A stretch of DNA of 64,000 nucleotides from the human T2T-CHM13v2.0 reference genome, Homo sapiens: NCBI RefSeq assembly GCF_009914755.1, contig NC_060937.1, one strand, 5' to 3'. Position 1 is the first letter of the stretch, and each line of letters starts with the position of its first letter. Made by a program: the position numbers and the translations under genes. This document shows, piece by piece, positions 1 to 14,234 of the stretch. Under the pieces are notes generated by a model. That model was not told where the DNA came from. It searched no databases and saw only the letters and a list, made by a program, of their open reading frames with translations.

Positions 1-3000
1 TTAAGCAACTCAACAGAGAATCAAACTTACGTTAAAATGCTAGATAAATCCTGTTGCTAGAATACCATTGTCTCTTTTGAACGTCTCATACAAGGTACTT
101 TGCTAAAATTTAATAGGCTTCCAACTGTCTTATAATGAAGGTGGGATAACAGTTTTCTTGCCTATGAGCTGCTAACAGTTGTATGGGTAGTAGATTCTTT
201 CTGAAATTAGCCTCCGATATAACTTATTATCAGCTATAGATTTTATATGGTAAAAGACCCATAACCTCTCTGATAGGAGGCTATAGATATTTGCCAAAAA
301 GAGTAATTACCGATGGACAAGTCAATTTAGGTCAGTTTGTAATAATATTCTATTTCTTCCAACATAGACTATAAGGCAGTTTATTTGAGCATATAAAAGA
401 AAATGAAAAAGGTAAATAATGAAGCAAAGTCAGTATCTAAAAAATCACTGAGCAACAAAGGACAAAGAAAAAAGTCAAGAAAAGTAATAACATAAAATGC
501 AGTATGTTAATTTGAAATGTCATATAGTTACAGTAATTCATACTGTATAGTGTTTTCCATAGGCTAATCACATGCATTTATTTAACTTCATTTCATTAGT
601 AGACAATATTTTTATTTTAAAACCCCAGGAATTTTTTGGCATTTTCCATGAACACGTTGTTGCACTGGATGAGTAATCAAATCACAATTATATAACTATG
701 CATTTATAAGTAGTCTTTATGCACATTATAATTTCCTCATATATTACTGTGAGGATGAGTTAATTCAGAAGTAAAATAGATAGGCTAAATCACCTATGGC
801 TTTTTAAGTATTATTTGTAGAAATAACATCTAATTAACTCAATATTTAACCCCAAAAATGTTTTCCTTAGAAAGGTGGTGAATTGTTATTTAGGTAATTA
901 TACATTTATCGTCTGTGAAATCAGTAATTAAATGGTAACTAAAATGTACTTACATGTTTACACACCATAAAATTACGGTATTTTTAACATACAGTAATTA
1001 ATTTATATTTAACATACACTTGTGTATGCTTGATTAAATGTCAATTAGGTACATATTTGTGAAAAATTAACCAGTACTAATTTATGAAAATATTAAGGTA
1101 AAGCTAACCATTTTTTCCTTTAAAAATTTTCTTTATGTTGGACTAAATGTCACTCTCAATTCATTTTTTGGTTACATTTCTCTGCATGATTTTTTTCTAT
1201 TAAAAACCATTGACTGTAACTCATTACATAATTCACAACGAATGTGCTTAACTTCAACCGGTGAAATAAAATGAAAAGAAAAACAAACATAAGGTTTCTA
1301 GTTAATATAGATTATTTTATGAGATGAAATAGTAAAGACATTATGCTTTTTTCTATTTCTTGTATCTGTCACTATATTTTTCCCCTCATTATTTTCTCTA
1401 TATTTTCTGACATCTTAATAATCAAGTTTGGCTCTATGGAAATTTTTCTTAAATGTATTTTGCACAAAGTTTAAGTAAAATGTAGTTTCATAAAAGTTCA
1501 TAATTATAATATCACTATTTTAATCATGTGTATTGTTCTTAAAAATTACTACTGGTTACAGATAGTTAAATATGAATAAGCCTGAATTATGTAAACTGTT
1601 CTTAATGAAATATAACTCTCTTAATAATAATGTGTGTGAGTGTATATGGCATTAAAAGACCCATAAAAATAGGACAGAGACATAAGGTAACCCTTGATAG
1701 CATTTTGATTGTGAAAGTACTTCTCATTTGCCTTAGTACTAATTGGTCTCTATCGAAGATTTTCCCATTACAAATTATATGCTTCTCCATGGCAGGTTAT
1801 AGCTATCAATTAATTATGACAATGACATTTTCATAGGAAGAACCCATTAGCCCACATGTTTAGAAAAGTTACACATTTCAAAATGGAGATCAGAATTCTA
1901 AGGGTTTTGAAACACAGGTGTAAACACACATGCACAACTCATATACTCATGTATATGCAACACACAGATACACACACGCTTTTGGATAACATAGCATCTT
2001 ACAGATAATACTTCCATGTCCCCACAAAGTTTAGCAAGTACTATTGTATTTGAACCTTTGTATGGGCTTCAACCATCATTTTTCCATTTGCTGTAAATAA
2101 GTAAAATTGCTTGTGGACATGAGAAAATTGCTTGATGGGTTATTATTTGTTGTTAGGAAACTGTTCTATAGTGATAGCTATATAGATGGTCTAAGTGTCT
2201 TGTGATAACTGGATACTTAAGCTAACATGTAGTTTTATTAAATAATATTGCATTATTATCTATTGTAAAGTTCTATTTTTTAGCACATTGTTGTCATATC
2301 AATATGCTACTACATTCACAAAAAATTAGCATATGTGGTGAAACAAGTTATTGACATTATATAGACAAGCAGCTATTAAGGCATTTTTGGTTTAATTATC
2401 AACTGTTTATTTTAGTTATAATGATATAGAAATTGCTTGGAATCATGTGTACATTTGTAGCTAGGAAATAAATGTAAACAAAGTGCATTGAGATCCAATC
2501 TGCTATGAGGGGCCATTGCAACAGTTTCACTGACTGTCCATAGTTTTTACCCGAATGAGGAGCCCCAGTGTTCAAATTGAAAAGATGTCTAAGGACTAAT
2601 CAGGATGTTCTCTAAGAGGGCATACCATATGATGGACCAACACAAAGCATGACAATGACTGACTGATTAGTGCCACTGACTTAAAGGGTACCAGTACAGA
2701 GGACCATATCCAACCTGGGTAAAACCATTGTGTATCATCACAATTGGCTCTCAGTGACTCATTCTCTGAGAACATAAAAGCATTCCAACATGGAGCAACA
2801 TCAGACACAGGAGTTTCTCACTATTATTCACTCAATTAGCCAATTCTTCCAAAAACATCTCACTAAGGAAGATGCTCACCAACCCTTGTTTATTACATTT
2901 CCCCAATTGCTTAATAGGAAGCATCATAGAGAGGCACATATAAAAATAATTATCTTTTTGTTTTCAGAAGCCATTGACCAGAAGTGCTGGTGAATTATCC

Positions 3001-3274
3001 CAAATTTACTCCTATCTTTGATTCATTTCTAGGCTTATACTCTTGTACCAAATACTTCCCATCCTCCAGTATATGCAAATGCATGCATTTGAAAGAACGT
3101 GTCTCTAAAGTCAGATTCAAACAGTAGTTATGGAAACAAGTCAACTATATTCTAACATTTATAATGAAGACTCTGTCTCTTAATGCTCTGTAGTAACAAA
3201 GCGTGTCAAATATTCCCAGACTAAAATAATATATTTAATTGTCAGAAAATTGAAAGCTGTAGAATGTGAGTTGG

Positions 3275-3611
3275 TGGTATGGTATGGCTCTGTGTCCCCA
3301 CACAATCTCATTTTGAATTGTAATCACCATGTGTCAAGGGAGAAGCCTGATGGGAGGTGATTGGATTATGGAGGACTTTTCCCCCATGCTGTTCTCATGA
3401 CAGGGAGTGAGTCTCAGGAGATCTGATAGTTTTATAAGCATCTGGCCTTTCTCTTGCTTGCACTCCATCTCTCCTGCTTTTCTTCTGTTATGATTCTAAG
3501 TTTCCCGAGGCCTCTCCAGCACTGCAGAACTGTGAGTCAATCAAAGCTCTCTTTCATAAATTACCCAGTCTCGTGTATTTCTGTATAGCCATGTGAAATT
3601 AGATTAATGCA
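3275..3611 (+). mobile_element. MaLR solo LTR, THE1D/MSTA-like
   Basis: Starts TGGTATGGTATGGCTCTGTGTCCCC and ends ATTAATGCA. Contains THE1/MST hallmarks CCCCCATGCTGTTCTC and AAATTACCCAGTCTC. Near-perfect 5-bp TSD GTTGG/GTTGA. Confidence 0.9.
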
Positions 3612-5634
3612 GTTGAGATGTATAATATTTAAGATATGCACTTGGTATTATATAATGGAAAATATCTTATGTTTTAGTGAAAAGGGAATATGGAAGATAC
3701 TCAGTAACATTTTCCTGAAAATCTTAATGAAGTTTTAGTTTTTGCTTAGGAAATATATCATGCTGATATTTGCATACTTTATATACCTATATATATATAT
3801 ACACATATATATTTCCAGCCATCTACATATTTAACATATAATGATACTTTTTAATTTATCAGATGCTCTCAAATATACAAATGAGTTGCTCAACTGTGTC
3901 AGCTTTTGAGTTATTTAAAAAGTACTCACAGTCTTAAGTACCTTCTTATTTATAATTGTATCTTTGCTCTAAGCACTTCTTATGTAGGATAAACTTTTTA
4001 GTAGATGTTTCTGCCCTTTGTTTAATAGCTTATATTAATATTTTTAGTTTATGATAGTAGTTAGCTGCTCTTCATTTAACTTTCTTATATTTTAGTTGAT
4101 AAAGCTGCTATCCCCATAAAAATCACATATTCAAAATTGTAACACAACAGGAAATTTAGGAAATCACTAAGATTAAAAAAAGTTAGAGATAAATTAATTT
4201 AACTACAGCAGAAATATATTGGCAAGTCATCACCAACCTGTGTAAATATATCACTGGGCAGGAAGAAGGCAGAACAAATAATTGTTTCCCAAAATATCAA
4301 TGCAAAGGAGCTGTTGAAAGACGTGCTGCAACTTTGGTACCATAATCAGGGGGAGCATGGAAAGGATCTCCCAAGTCAGACTCACCTCTATTCCTCTTCT
4401 CCGTCTTTAACCAAGCATAGATTTGCCATTGAATACAGCCTTTAGTTTGAAGAAATATAAATAACAAAGATGAAAAGGATTAACTGCAAGGACTCATGAG
4501 AGCCTGGAATATCAATTAAAGAGATAGGAATAGAGACAGGAAAAGTTCTGGATGTACTAATTCTAAAGATTATAGCTTTTCATGTTTTCGTAGATCAATG
4601 AAAGCAAAGGAGAGTGGCACTGTATTGCAAATTCTCATAGTCACATGGAATTCTTAATGGTCAAAGGAAAAAGAAATAGTATAAAAATTATTAACCCATC
4701 TCTATTAATCATGATACAGTAAAAAACAAACCCACATTCTCATAGACATAATACAATAAAAGTTTATTTCCCATGTACACAGAACTGCTGTGGGTCTCAG
4801 ACCATATGGCAAAGCAGCTGTTCTCCGCAAGCCAGATACCTCTAATTTTGTTTGACCAAACCAATTTATCACAACTCTGCTTACCATATCATTGCAACAA
4901 GGGTACAGAGAGAAACCGGTAAACCCTCCATGGGTTTTCCACTGCCAAAGACAAGATTTCTTTCCTAGTAACAGGGGTAAATATAGATATACATTTGCTT
5001 ACAAGGAGAAGCAGACATTAGTAAATACTGCTAATGTCTACCAAACAACTTGGTAAGTATCTGCTTGATGTGTGGTAAATTTGGTCCAGAATTTTTAAAC
5101 AACTTACTTTCTGAATGAGATTTTCTTAACCTTTCAAAAAACACACAAACAAAAAAACCCCAACAATTAATATAAACACTTATTTGGACATCACGGGTAC
5201 CTCCCACCATGATAAAGTATTTTTAAATTTTATTCAGTACATAAAAGAATGAAAATAAATTTCAAAAATGGCAAAGTAAGACATTTTGAGTGAACCAGCT
5301 ATAAAAAAAGAGAGCAAAGAGGCTCGGTGAAGAAATGGAAAGATAACCAAAGGAGATGGAATGTGAACGTATAGCGCTTATATAAGAAGACTAAGAAAGA
5401 AATAACACTATCAGGAGTATGATAACCATATTAAAAGCACCTTAAGTATAATAAAATGGAATTTAGAAAAAAGGGATAAAATGAGGAATGAAATAAAATA
5501 AGTGGAAACAAAGGATTAGAAGAAATAGTGAAATATTTATTATTGAAGAAACCAACAAATAAAATGCAGCTTAGCTGCCAGTGTTTCTGGAAAAAGAAAT
5601 GAAGTGATGTAGTAGAAAACATATTTAACTGTAA

Positions 5635-5910
5635 AAAATCCAGGGGCCTCCCTCAGAGTGGCCCCCAATGACAGCCGCAGTTGAGATCTCAACACACTGC
5701 CAGCCAGCACTAATCAGCCGTGTCGGGGAGCTGCCTTGGAAATGAAAATGCCGGTCCCTGCCAAGCCACCCCAGTCGATGCCTTGTGGAACAGAGATGAG
5801 CCATTCCTGCCAAGCCCTACACAAAGTACAGATTTGGGGACACAAAAAATAATTATTATTTTAAGTCACTAAATGTTGGGGTGGTCTGTTATACCACAGT
5901 AGATAACCAT
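5635..5910 (+). mobile_element. MLT1 LTR fragment (MLT1I/J-like)
   Basis: The 3' end TTTTAAGTCACTAAATGTTGGGGTGGTCTGTTATACCACAGTAGATAACC resembles the old MLT1 terminus. Also carries GAGCCATTCCTGCCAAGCCC. Confidence 0.75.
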
Positions 5911-5987
5911 ATCTTTGGCATTATTTATTAAAACAAATAGGAAACCTTTCAGTAAAATGTGCTTTAAAACTGGATTACTCATACCAG

Positions 5988-6079
5988 ATATCCATTCACT
6001 GGCACCTGCTGCTTGAAGACATGAAGAAAGAGACCATCTTCAGTGGGCCAAGGCGGGAGATCATTCTGCAGCTTTATAG
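5988..6079 (+). other. Candidate exon A (5' boundary uncertain)
   Basis: Donor TAG|GTATGA at 6079/6080. Weak possible acceptor CAG at 5985-5987. ATG at 6021 opens a frame that continues through the splice. Confidence 0.35.
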
Positions 6080-6177
6080 GTATGAAGACTAGAGAAATGC
6101 GACTTGGATATATGTATTGTTGAAATGACTGATCCGTTTATATAGCTAACCAATTAAATAATTGTATTTCTTTTTAG

Positions 6178-6244
6178 GAATGCTATTCTGGATAATGACT
6201 GGAACATTTCAAACACAGTAGGTCCAAATGAAGATGCCGTGGAA
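6178..6244 (+). other. Candidate 67-nt exon B
   Basis: Branch point CTAAC at 6146-6150, acceptor TTGTATTTCTTTTTAG|G, donor GAA|GTAAGA. Confidence 0.45.
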
Positions 6245-7399
6245 GTAAGAGATAAGCAGTAGAATATATGTTGAGAATATCATCTTGTGAGTGCTTTAAG
6301 CAGAGAATATGTTACACTAAAATGTTCTTATTACTATTGCTATACATTTGTCTCTGTAAATTTGATTTATCAATGAAAAGGCCTATTTATCAGACAGTAA
6401 TACAATGTAAATGTAACAATTAAATTACATAATGGAAGTATTTCCCAGGAGAAATATTTTGGCTTCGTTTACGGAAAAAAAAACCCAACTTATATAAGTT
6501 AAAAATATAAGCTAATGGGAAAGCTGCATTTGAAAGAACATTGTGAATTATTTCATAATTGTACATGCATTTGACAGTTACACTAGGCAAAGTAATAATA
6601 TGGTTCTCTTAAAAGTCAGAACTCTGTCAAAATCTGTTTCTGGGGAAATTATTAGATTTAATAGGTAATTCATCTGCTTATATTTTCACATTGCTTAGTG
6701 ATTTCTAACATATCTTGCAAGCAATCATACTCAAGGCTTTCTTGGTATTTTAATGAATACAAATTATCGCATTGAATCTCAAAAATTAAATCAAGCAGAA
6801 TCCCATATTTCACTTGACATACAGACAGAAATATTGAGAAATCTGATGTTTGATCTCCTGTCATTTCTCTTAAGGGTACCCCTTCCAAAACTCTTTGTTG
6901 TTGTTTTCAGCTATATGTAAAAACTTTCACAGAAAAAATAGTTTTTGAACTGTTGAAAAACATCCAGTTTGTAGTTGTTAATACTTCTTTCCTGTATGTG
7001 GAAAAACAAACAAACAAACAAAATGGGTCTGAATCCAATTCATATGTAAATTGTGAATTACTACATCAGGCAAGTACATTAACTTTTAAATTTTTGATTC
7101 AGTACATTGTTGACTCCGACGTATTGCTGTGCCCACAAAATAATGAAACTACAATTTAATTTCTCTTGCCTTGATATTTGGCATGTGTATATTAATTATC
7201 CTCATTTTTCAGATTATGTAACAGATTTATTTATAAGTTTATTTGTGGAAAGAAGCCAAATAAATGTTTAAAAAGCATTTTCATCATAATTTCTAATAAT
7301 TCAGAAGCCATTAAACATAATACCAATGCAATCCAATTTCCTCAGCATTATTCTAATATTTGTGTTTATAACAAATTAGAGTCACACTTGCATAAAATT

Positions 7400-7530
7400 T
7401 TAGAGTTGGAAGGAACCTCGGAGAGCAGTTCATTAAATTCCTAGTTTCACTGAGAAAGAGATTCAGAGAAGTTACAGAGACTTGACCAAAATTACTGAGA
7501 GAGTTAATTGTAAAGTTCCCACTTGAACCT
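7400..7530 (-). mobile_element. MIR fragment
   Basis: Degenerate antisense MIR core (ATTCAGAGAAGTTACAGAGACTTGACCAAAATTAC). Confidence 0.55.
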
Positions 7531-8330
7531 ATTTTTCCCAATTTCTGTTCCGGTACCATTTCCATTGACACAGAGCATATATCCCAAATTTCATGAATAT
7601 ACCTGAGAACATCTCAACATAAAAGTGGCAAGTAGCAAAATTGTTAAAAGTTGAAATTCCAAAACTATATATAATTTTATGGAAGAAAACGTTAGAAACA
7701 TTACTTCCCCTTGTCAAAAAATTTGCTAATGTATGATTTTTGTTTTTTGTAAATCCTTTACCAGTGTTTATATGCATCACCTATAATTTTTTCTTTATTA
7801 TTAATATAAAATATTTAATACACACCAAACCCAATATGTTATGTATTTTTATAAAGAAAAATAACGTATAAAAACTAAATCTGTCACATCACCAAAGAAA
7901 CTGAATGTAGTAATAATTGGCACTAACTTTTCTACCTCGTCCTCACCCCATCTCCTGCCTCTCACTCATAAGTCACTACTATCTTGGGTCTTGTATTTAG
8001 CTTTCTCTTGTCTTGGTAAATTATTTTATCACATACATATGCATTGCTAGGAAACATATTTTTAAGTTTTATTTAGTTTTAAGCTTTACAAAAGTAGCCT
8101 TATTCTGCATGCAGTCCTCTGGGAATCACTTTCTCTCAACTTCAGGTTTCTAACCTTTATCTGGGATGATCCATGTAGATTTAGTCCATTCATTTTTACT
8201 GTTGCAAACGGTTCTCTTTTTGGTAGTATAAAGCAAATAATTCATCCCTTCTCTGAGGAAATAATGTTTTCTGAAATATCTTGAACATGACTCCTGAAGC
8301 ACATCTGCAGACATTTCTCCAAGTTATAAC

Positions 8331-8797
8331 TGATTCAGGACAACCGAGCCTCCAAACTGGGGTTTCGCCCAGGGAGGTTCCTGGCTTCACCTGGGAAAGA
8401 ATTCAAGGTCAAGTGCGTGTTGTTAGACAGCAATCTCTCACTGAGTCGTGATGCTCCTTTCGGAGCAGGTCTAACTCACAGGCAGTGCTCCCAGAATCCC
8501 CAAAGGATGGGCTCTTGGCCACTGTACTTATTTCCACTTATACCCTCCTTCAATTACCTGCAAAATTAAGGGTCAGGCTAATACAAATTGAGGCTCAAGT
8601 TATTTAGAACTTTGTAGGGAAAGGGCGGCAATTTCCAGCTGGTTGCCATGGAGAGGGGCAGCAAACTCCTAGATATTGCCATAGCACTTGTAAATTGTCA
8701 TGACGCTGGTGGGAGTGTCTTATGCTAATGAGCAATGAGGGCCGCTAGGGATTGCTTTGGTTACCATCTGCTGGTTCCTGCAAGTTTCTTCACTTCA
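8331..8797 (-). mobile_element. ERV1-class solo LTR (MER4-group; subfamily not assigned)
   Basis: 467 bp bounded by TG...CA. Exact 4-bp TSD TAAC at 8327-8330 and 8798-8801. GC-richer than its L1 host. Contains GGAAAGAATTCAAGG and GTTGCCATGG motifs typical of this group. Confidence 0.85.
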
Positions 8798-9360
8798 TAA
8801 CTATGCATGGAATTTCTGGGTTGTATGCTGTACAAATGCCAAATTGTTTTCCAAGTTGGTTCTACCATTATCTTCCCGCAGAAATGTATACGAGTTCCTG
8901 TTGATCCATATCTTATCCAATAGTTCATATTGTTATGCTCTTTTATTCCCTTATTTCACAAGTGTAAAATGATTTCTCATTGTGGTTGTAACCTCCGTTT
9001 TTGGAATTTGTTGACGTTGAACATACATGTGTCCTCTTCTGTGAAGTTACTATTCAAAATTTCTTTTGAATAAGTGTCTCTGACTTGATAATTTATATTT
9101 TGTGTTTCAGTACTTGTCTGTTGTGTATGTTGTGAATATCTTCTAGATTTTGATTCATCTTCACTTTTTAAACTCTCCTTTATTGAACAGAACTTCTAAA
9201 TTTAAAGGTAGTTGAGTGTTTCAATCTGTTATTTTAATTAGCACATTGGGTCTGTTAAGAAAATACTTTCCTATTAAAAGGTCAGAAAAATATTGTTTTA
9301 TTTTCTAAAAGAGGTGTGTGTGTGTCTGTGTGTTGTGAAGCAGAAGTCTGATATCAGGTT

Positions 9361-9486
9361 TTATGCATCAAAAATATATATTATGTTTTTGTTTGTTTAT
9401 GCATCAAAAATATATATTTGTTTATGCATCAAAATATATATATTATGCATCAAAAACATTTTGTTTATGCATCAAAAAAATATATT
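9361..9486 (+). repeat. Imperfect tandem repeat, 5 copies of TTATGCATCAAAA
   Basis: Core at 9361, 9397, 9422, 9443 and 9465 with AT-rich spacers. Confidence 0.9.
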
Positions 9487-11251
9487 AATAGTTTATTAAA
9501 CAGGTCCCACCAGGCCTGCTTTGTCATATATTGAAACTCCATAAGTATGTTCTGAGGCTTCTATCCTCTCCCTTAATTTTCATTGTTTTATTTTAAATTT
9601 TGATTATTTATGGATTATATCTAAGCCTCCACTTCTTTAGTTTCTTGGCTGGTCTTTCTTTTATATACATTTGAGATTTAGCTTGACCAGATCCATGAAA
9701 AAAAAACTGTTGGTATTTGGACTTTCATAGAATATATCTCAACTTTGGGAGAATTGACATCTTTGGAACGCTATTTCTTTCCAACCAAGAGCATGGTATT
9801 TACTCTGTATGTTTACGGTCTTTTTAATGTAGAGTTTCAGCATTTTTTCCACGTATGTTTTGTACGCATTTTGTAAGATGTATTTTTAGTTGGTTTGTTG
9901 TTTATATTGATAGTGTACATAATAGGTTTTTGCTGTTTGTTTCTGACTGCTTTATTGAGATGTGATTGATGAAATGTGTTTTTAAACGCAATTTTAAAAT
10001 TTTGGCTTTGGTATACATACTAAAAATATGCCAATTTTTTTCCAGTGAGCTTATACCTGTATAACATGCTACTCTCATATTATTGTGAGTAGTCTGCCTG
10101 TAATATTTCTTTTTAATTTCAAGGTAGATAATATAATTATAGTTACTTCTTCCGAATTCTTATGTTTTTATTCCTTTTTTTCTTTCCCTGCATTGTTTCC
10201 ATGATCTAGTACATAGTTGAAGAGAATCTAAGAAAGCAAGCATCTTTGTGTTGCTCCTGATTTTAAAGATAATAGCTTCCAATTAATCCTTATTACAAGA
10301 TATGTATGTTTATTTTTATTTGTCCCAAGTACATAGTACCATTTATATCTATAGATTTATGTTTTAATGAGATTTGGAATATTTTCAGCCATCATATCTT
10401 CAAATATTATCTCTCACTTATTTTCTCTACTGTCTCTAATTGTTGTGTATGTGATCTTCTCATTCTATCTTTAATACATTTTTATGATTATTTCATATTT
10501 TTGTCGTACCTCTTAATATTTCACTTTATCTTATATTATTTACTAGATTGTATTTTCCATTTCTCTGTTTCTTTTCAACTCCGTTTAATATATTGGTAAA
10601 CTTTATGTCGACTTTCAAATTTAAATAATTAAATATACCTATATAATTAATGTTATATGATATATATTTAGACATACAGCCTAGAAGTTTTGTTTTCAAA
10701 TTTCTGCATTTATCCCTGATAATGTGTTACTGCTGATCAGTCTTTGAAATTGTGTCTTTTTTAAATAAAATATTTATATATAATTATTCCATACTTTGTA
10801 TTGAAAAATTCTAATATTTTTTGTCTTTGGGCACATTAAAACTTGTATGTATGCATATTCACTTATTTGTCATTGCTGATTTTCAATCTCAGTGGTCCAA
10901 ACTCTCATATATTTGTGTTTATTGATTGAAAACTCATTGTTTGCTCTTAAATAGGAGTTGTGTGATGCTAAGTTGTGACACTCTGTTACAGAAAAGATTT
11001 GTTTCAATCAGTAGCCATGGGATGCCACTATCTCTGACTTGTCCAGCTCTACGTCTTTTAAGTATTTCAGTTCAGAGTTCACATCCTAGAGTGACATTCC
11101 TATGCCTCTAGTGATCCAAGTCTCCCTGTTTCCTTCACAGGGCTACTGGATGGTGACTTGATTGCACAATTTATTTGTGCACAATCTTCCTTTAATTCTT
11201 CATTGTGCTTTATCAATATATTAAGATACTGAGTCTGTAGTTCACACTTTT

Positions 11252-11751
11252 ATTTTTATTTATTTATTTATTTATTATTTTATTTCAGTAGGTTTTTGGG
11301 GAGCAGGTGGTGTTTGGTTACATGAATAAGTTGTTTAGTGGTGATTTTTGAGATTTTGATGCACCCATCACCCGAGCAGTGTACACTGTACCCAATGTGT
11401 AGTCTTTTATCCCTCACCCCCCTCACCCTTTCCAAAAGACTTTCCCCAAAGTCCATTGTATCATTCTTACGCCTTTGCATCTTCATAGGTTAACTTAACT
11501 TCCACTTATGGGTGAGAACATAGGATGTTTGGTTTCCCATTCCCGAGTTACTTCACTAAGAATAATGGCCTCCAATTCCATCCAGGTTGCTGCAAATGTC
11601 TTTATTTTGTTCCTCTTTATGGCTGAGTAGTAATCTATGATATATATACATATATATGATATATATACCACAATTTGTTTATCCACCCATTGATTGATTG
11701 GCATTTGGACTGGTTCTATATTTCTGCAATTGTAAATTGTAAATTGTGCTG
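11252..11751 (-). mobile_element. 5'-truncated L1PB-like 3' end
   Basis: L1PB 3'UTR (GGTGGTGTTTGGTTACATGAATAAG) and a TTTA-rich tail. TSD CTGTAGTTCACACTTTT at 11235-11251 and 11752-11768. Confidence 0.92.
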
Positions 11752-14234
11752 CTGTAGTTCACACTTTTACATAGAGAACTTGCTTCACTAGTTAGAATTG
11801 ATTATAAAATGCTATTTTAAAACTACATTAAAGCAGATTATCAATCTACATATAGGGAAGGAGGTTTTATTGCTAAGATATTTACAAAGGTAATGAAAAT
11901 ATAGTACTTTTGTCATATGTGTTCCTATATCCTTTAAAACTCCAAGCAGAGGCCTATAGATACATGGACAGAAAAATAGAAGGTCAAAATAGTGGGTGAG
12001 CAATTAAATATGCTCATGGTTAACAACTATAGCATATAATTGGAAATATTTAAAGCTATATTGCTGGTGTTATTTACATCCATGGCCAATGCAATGTCAT
12101 GTTTGCATTTCTGTGTTTTCCGTAAGTTCAAATAAAATACTGTTTTCCACAATTTGCTGTCAATATAGAAAATAAATATAAGTGTTTGCATATTGCTTTT
12201 CTTTCTGTTGCTGACACAATGCTTCCTGCCCCCCAAAAGTTTAGATGTAATTATATCACTTAGGCAGACAAATATCCTTTGTTTAGCTTTTTGAGTATTT
12301 ATAGAGAATTTGGGTTGATAAGATGTCTTGGGTGTATCCAGTCTGCACATCTGGCCCTTGACAGAATGAGGTTATGTACTAATGGAAGCATATCCTGGAG
12401 TTAACAATAATCATATAGAATCCAATGGATAACATATAACATTGTCTTGATAACGAGTTTCCTATTGATATATCGGTTAACAAATTTACGTTGTTTATTG
12501 AACAGATAATATGCATTTTTTACTAATATATTATAAATCTTCCCCTAATAGATTTATAAGAAATAATTCAGTGAAAATATATTTGTTTTAAGGGAAAACC
12601 TTTTGTTTTTGAAGTGAATTTTTCTGTAATTAGATTACAACATGACTACAATTTAGTTTCCATATATTTAATAAAGAATATTATATATTTATATTTATAT
12701 ACTGAAAATATACTCTTAAAAATCGAGTCATTTCTGAAGAAAACAAGTCCTGATACCTTATTAAAATATATCATTTTATCTTTTATGTGCTGTAAGGAAC
12801 TGAACCAAAAATCCGTATGAACTTTGCATTGTCCTCCATACTAATTTTAAGCTAATATTGCAGAACTAATGACAGCCTTGAGAAATGTTATTATCAATTC
12901 CAGCTGTCTCTTGCATCAAGAAACCCTGAATTACAGCAACATCTTTGGAAATGAAGCTCTTAATAAAATCCTTTACAGACAAGCTCCTGTTTTAATATTT
13001 TGCAGACTCCTTTTTATTGTGGCTATCTTCTTTCATCACAGGAAAAAACTTATGACAACCCCGGTTATTTTACGTTTTTATTTTTTAAATCATTTAGTCT
13101 AGCTGAATGATGTTACTGAACAGCTTACCCACAATCTGATGATTTGGAATATTTCCAAACTGATGTTGGTATATTTGATAATGTTACTCAATCAGTCTTT
13201 CTTGTGGTCTGAAAACTGTATGATTTCTCTTCTGGATTCTCTACTTTCTTAAACATAAAACCACAGCTCTTCTGGGTTATATGTATCTAATCAAATTAGA
13301 ATTAAAAAAAAAAAGTCTTATTCCACAAAGTAACAAGTTCTTCCCAGATTCTTCAGATGAAAAATACTCCATTGCCATGCATCTACTGTAACACTTACTA
13401 CCTAATATGATTTACAGTAAAATTATTTACACACATACTCTTCTCCTTATATCTACATGACATTATTGAAGGTATTCCACATATACAGTCAGATGTGAAG
13501 AAACACCAATTTAGATAGACTTTGAACATTTGTTATTATTTTTTTTAGTTAGTCTTTCAAAAATCTTCTTTAGATACATACTATGTTTCAACCTGCATCT
13601 TCCTTTTGAAGATAAGGAAAAGAAGATATTGTTTGCAAATTTTTGATATCCACAGTGTCATGCATAGAATGGATCATGGACTGACAAATAATCAAGCACA
13701 CACTAATTTCAATGACTTCAGTGCAGGTGCATACTTATCTAAAAAATGAACTGAGTGGACAGAGAAGAAAGCCTTCAACTCTACATTCTGGTGAAAGAAG
13801 CTATGCTAAATAAATGTCATTTAACTAAATTTAAAATGATGGGGAACTGCTCACCTCAATGAGGAGATGTGTGTAAGTCAGAATTATAAATACAGTCTCT
13901 GATGGGCAAAGGAAGGGAGAGAAGAAGGATCTTGTTTTGGCTGACTATATGCAAGTAATTTGTAATGCCTGCAGTTCAACTTAACTGCAAGTAATAAAAA
14001 GACAACTATTATACGATGAAACTAGAAAACTTGGCAAAAACCAAATTGGAAAGGATTTCTGGATAACATTCTAGGATTGATGGTATTAGAGAGCCATTGA
14101 AGAATTCTGTGCAATTGCGACATGAGAAAACCGTTTAATTTTAGAACAGTCATTTTGATGCAACATTTTATATTCATTAGATGTGAGTAAGAATGTATGT
14201 AGAAGATCCCAGGCTGAAGGTTAGAGATGATTAA

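Larger units (their letters stand above)
7790..11230 (-). mobile_element. Old L1 (L1ME-like) antisense fragments, interrupted by an LTR
   Basis: T-rich degenerate L1 ORF2/3' sequence, e.g. TGCCAAATTGTTTTCCAAG and GGGGAGAATTGACATCTT. Boundaries approximate. Confidence 0.7.

Noticed and set aside
5013-5039. 9-bp-stem hairpin AGACATTAG/CTAATGTCT (and a similar TTCTGCTTT/AAAGCAGAA near 18575-18597)
   Set aside because: A few stems of this length are expected by chance in 64 kb of AT-rich DNA, and they show no RNA-family features.
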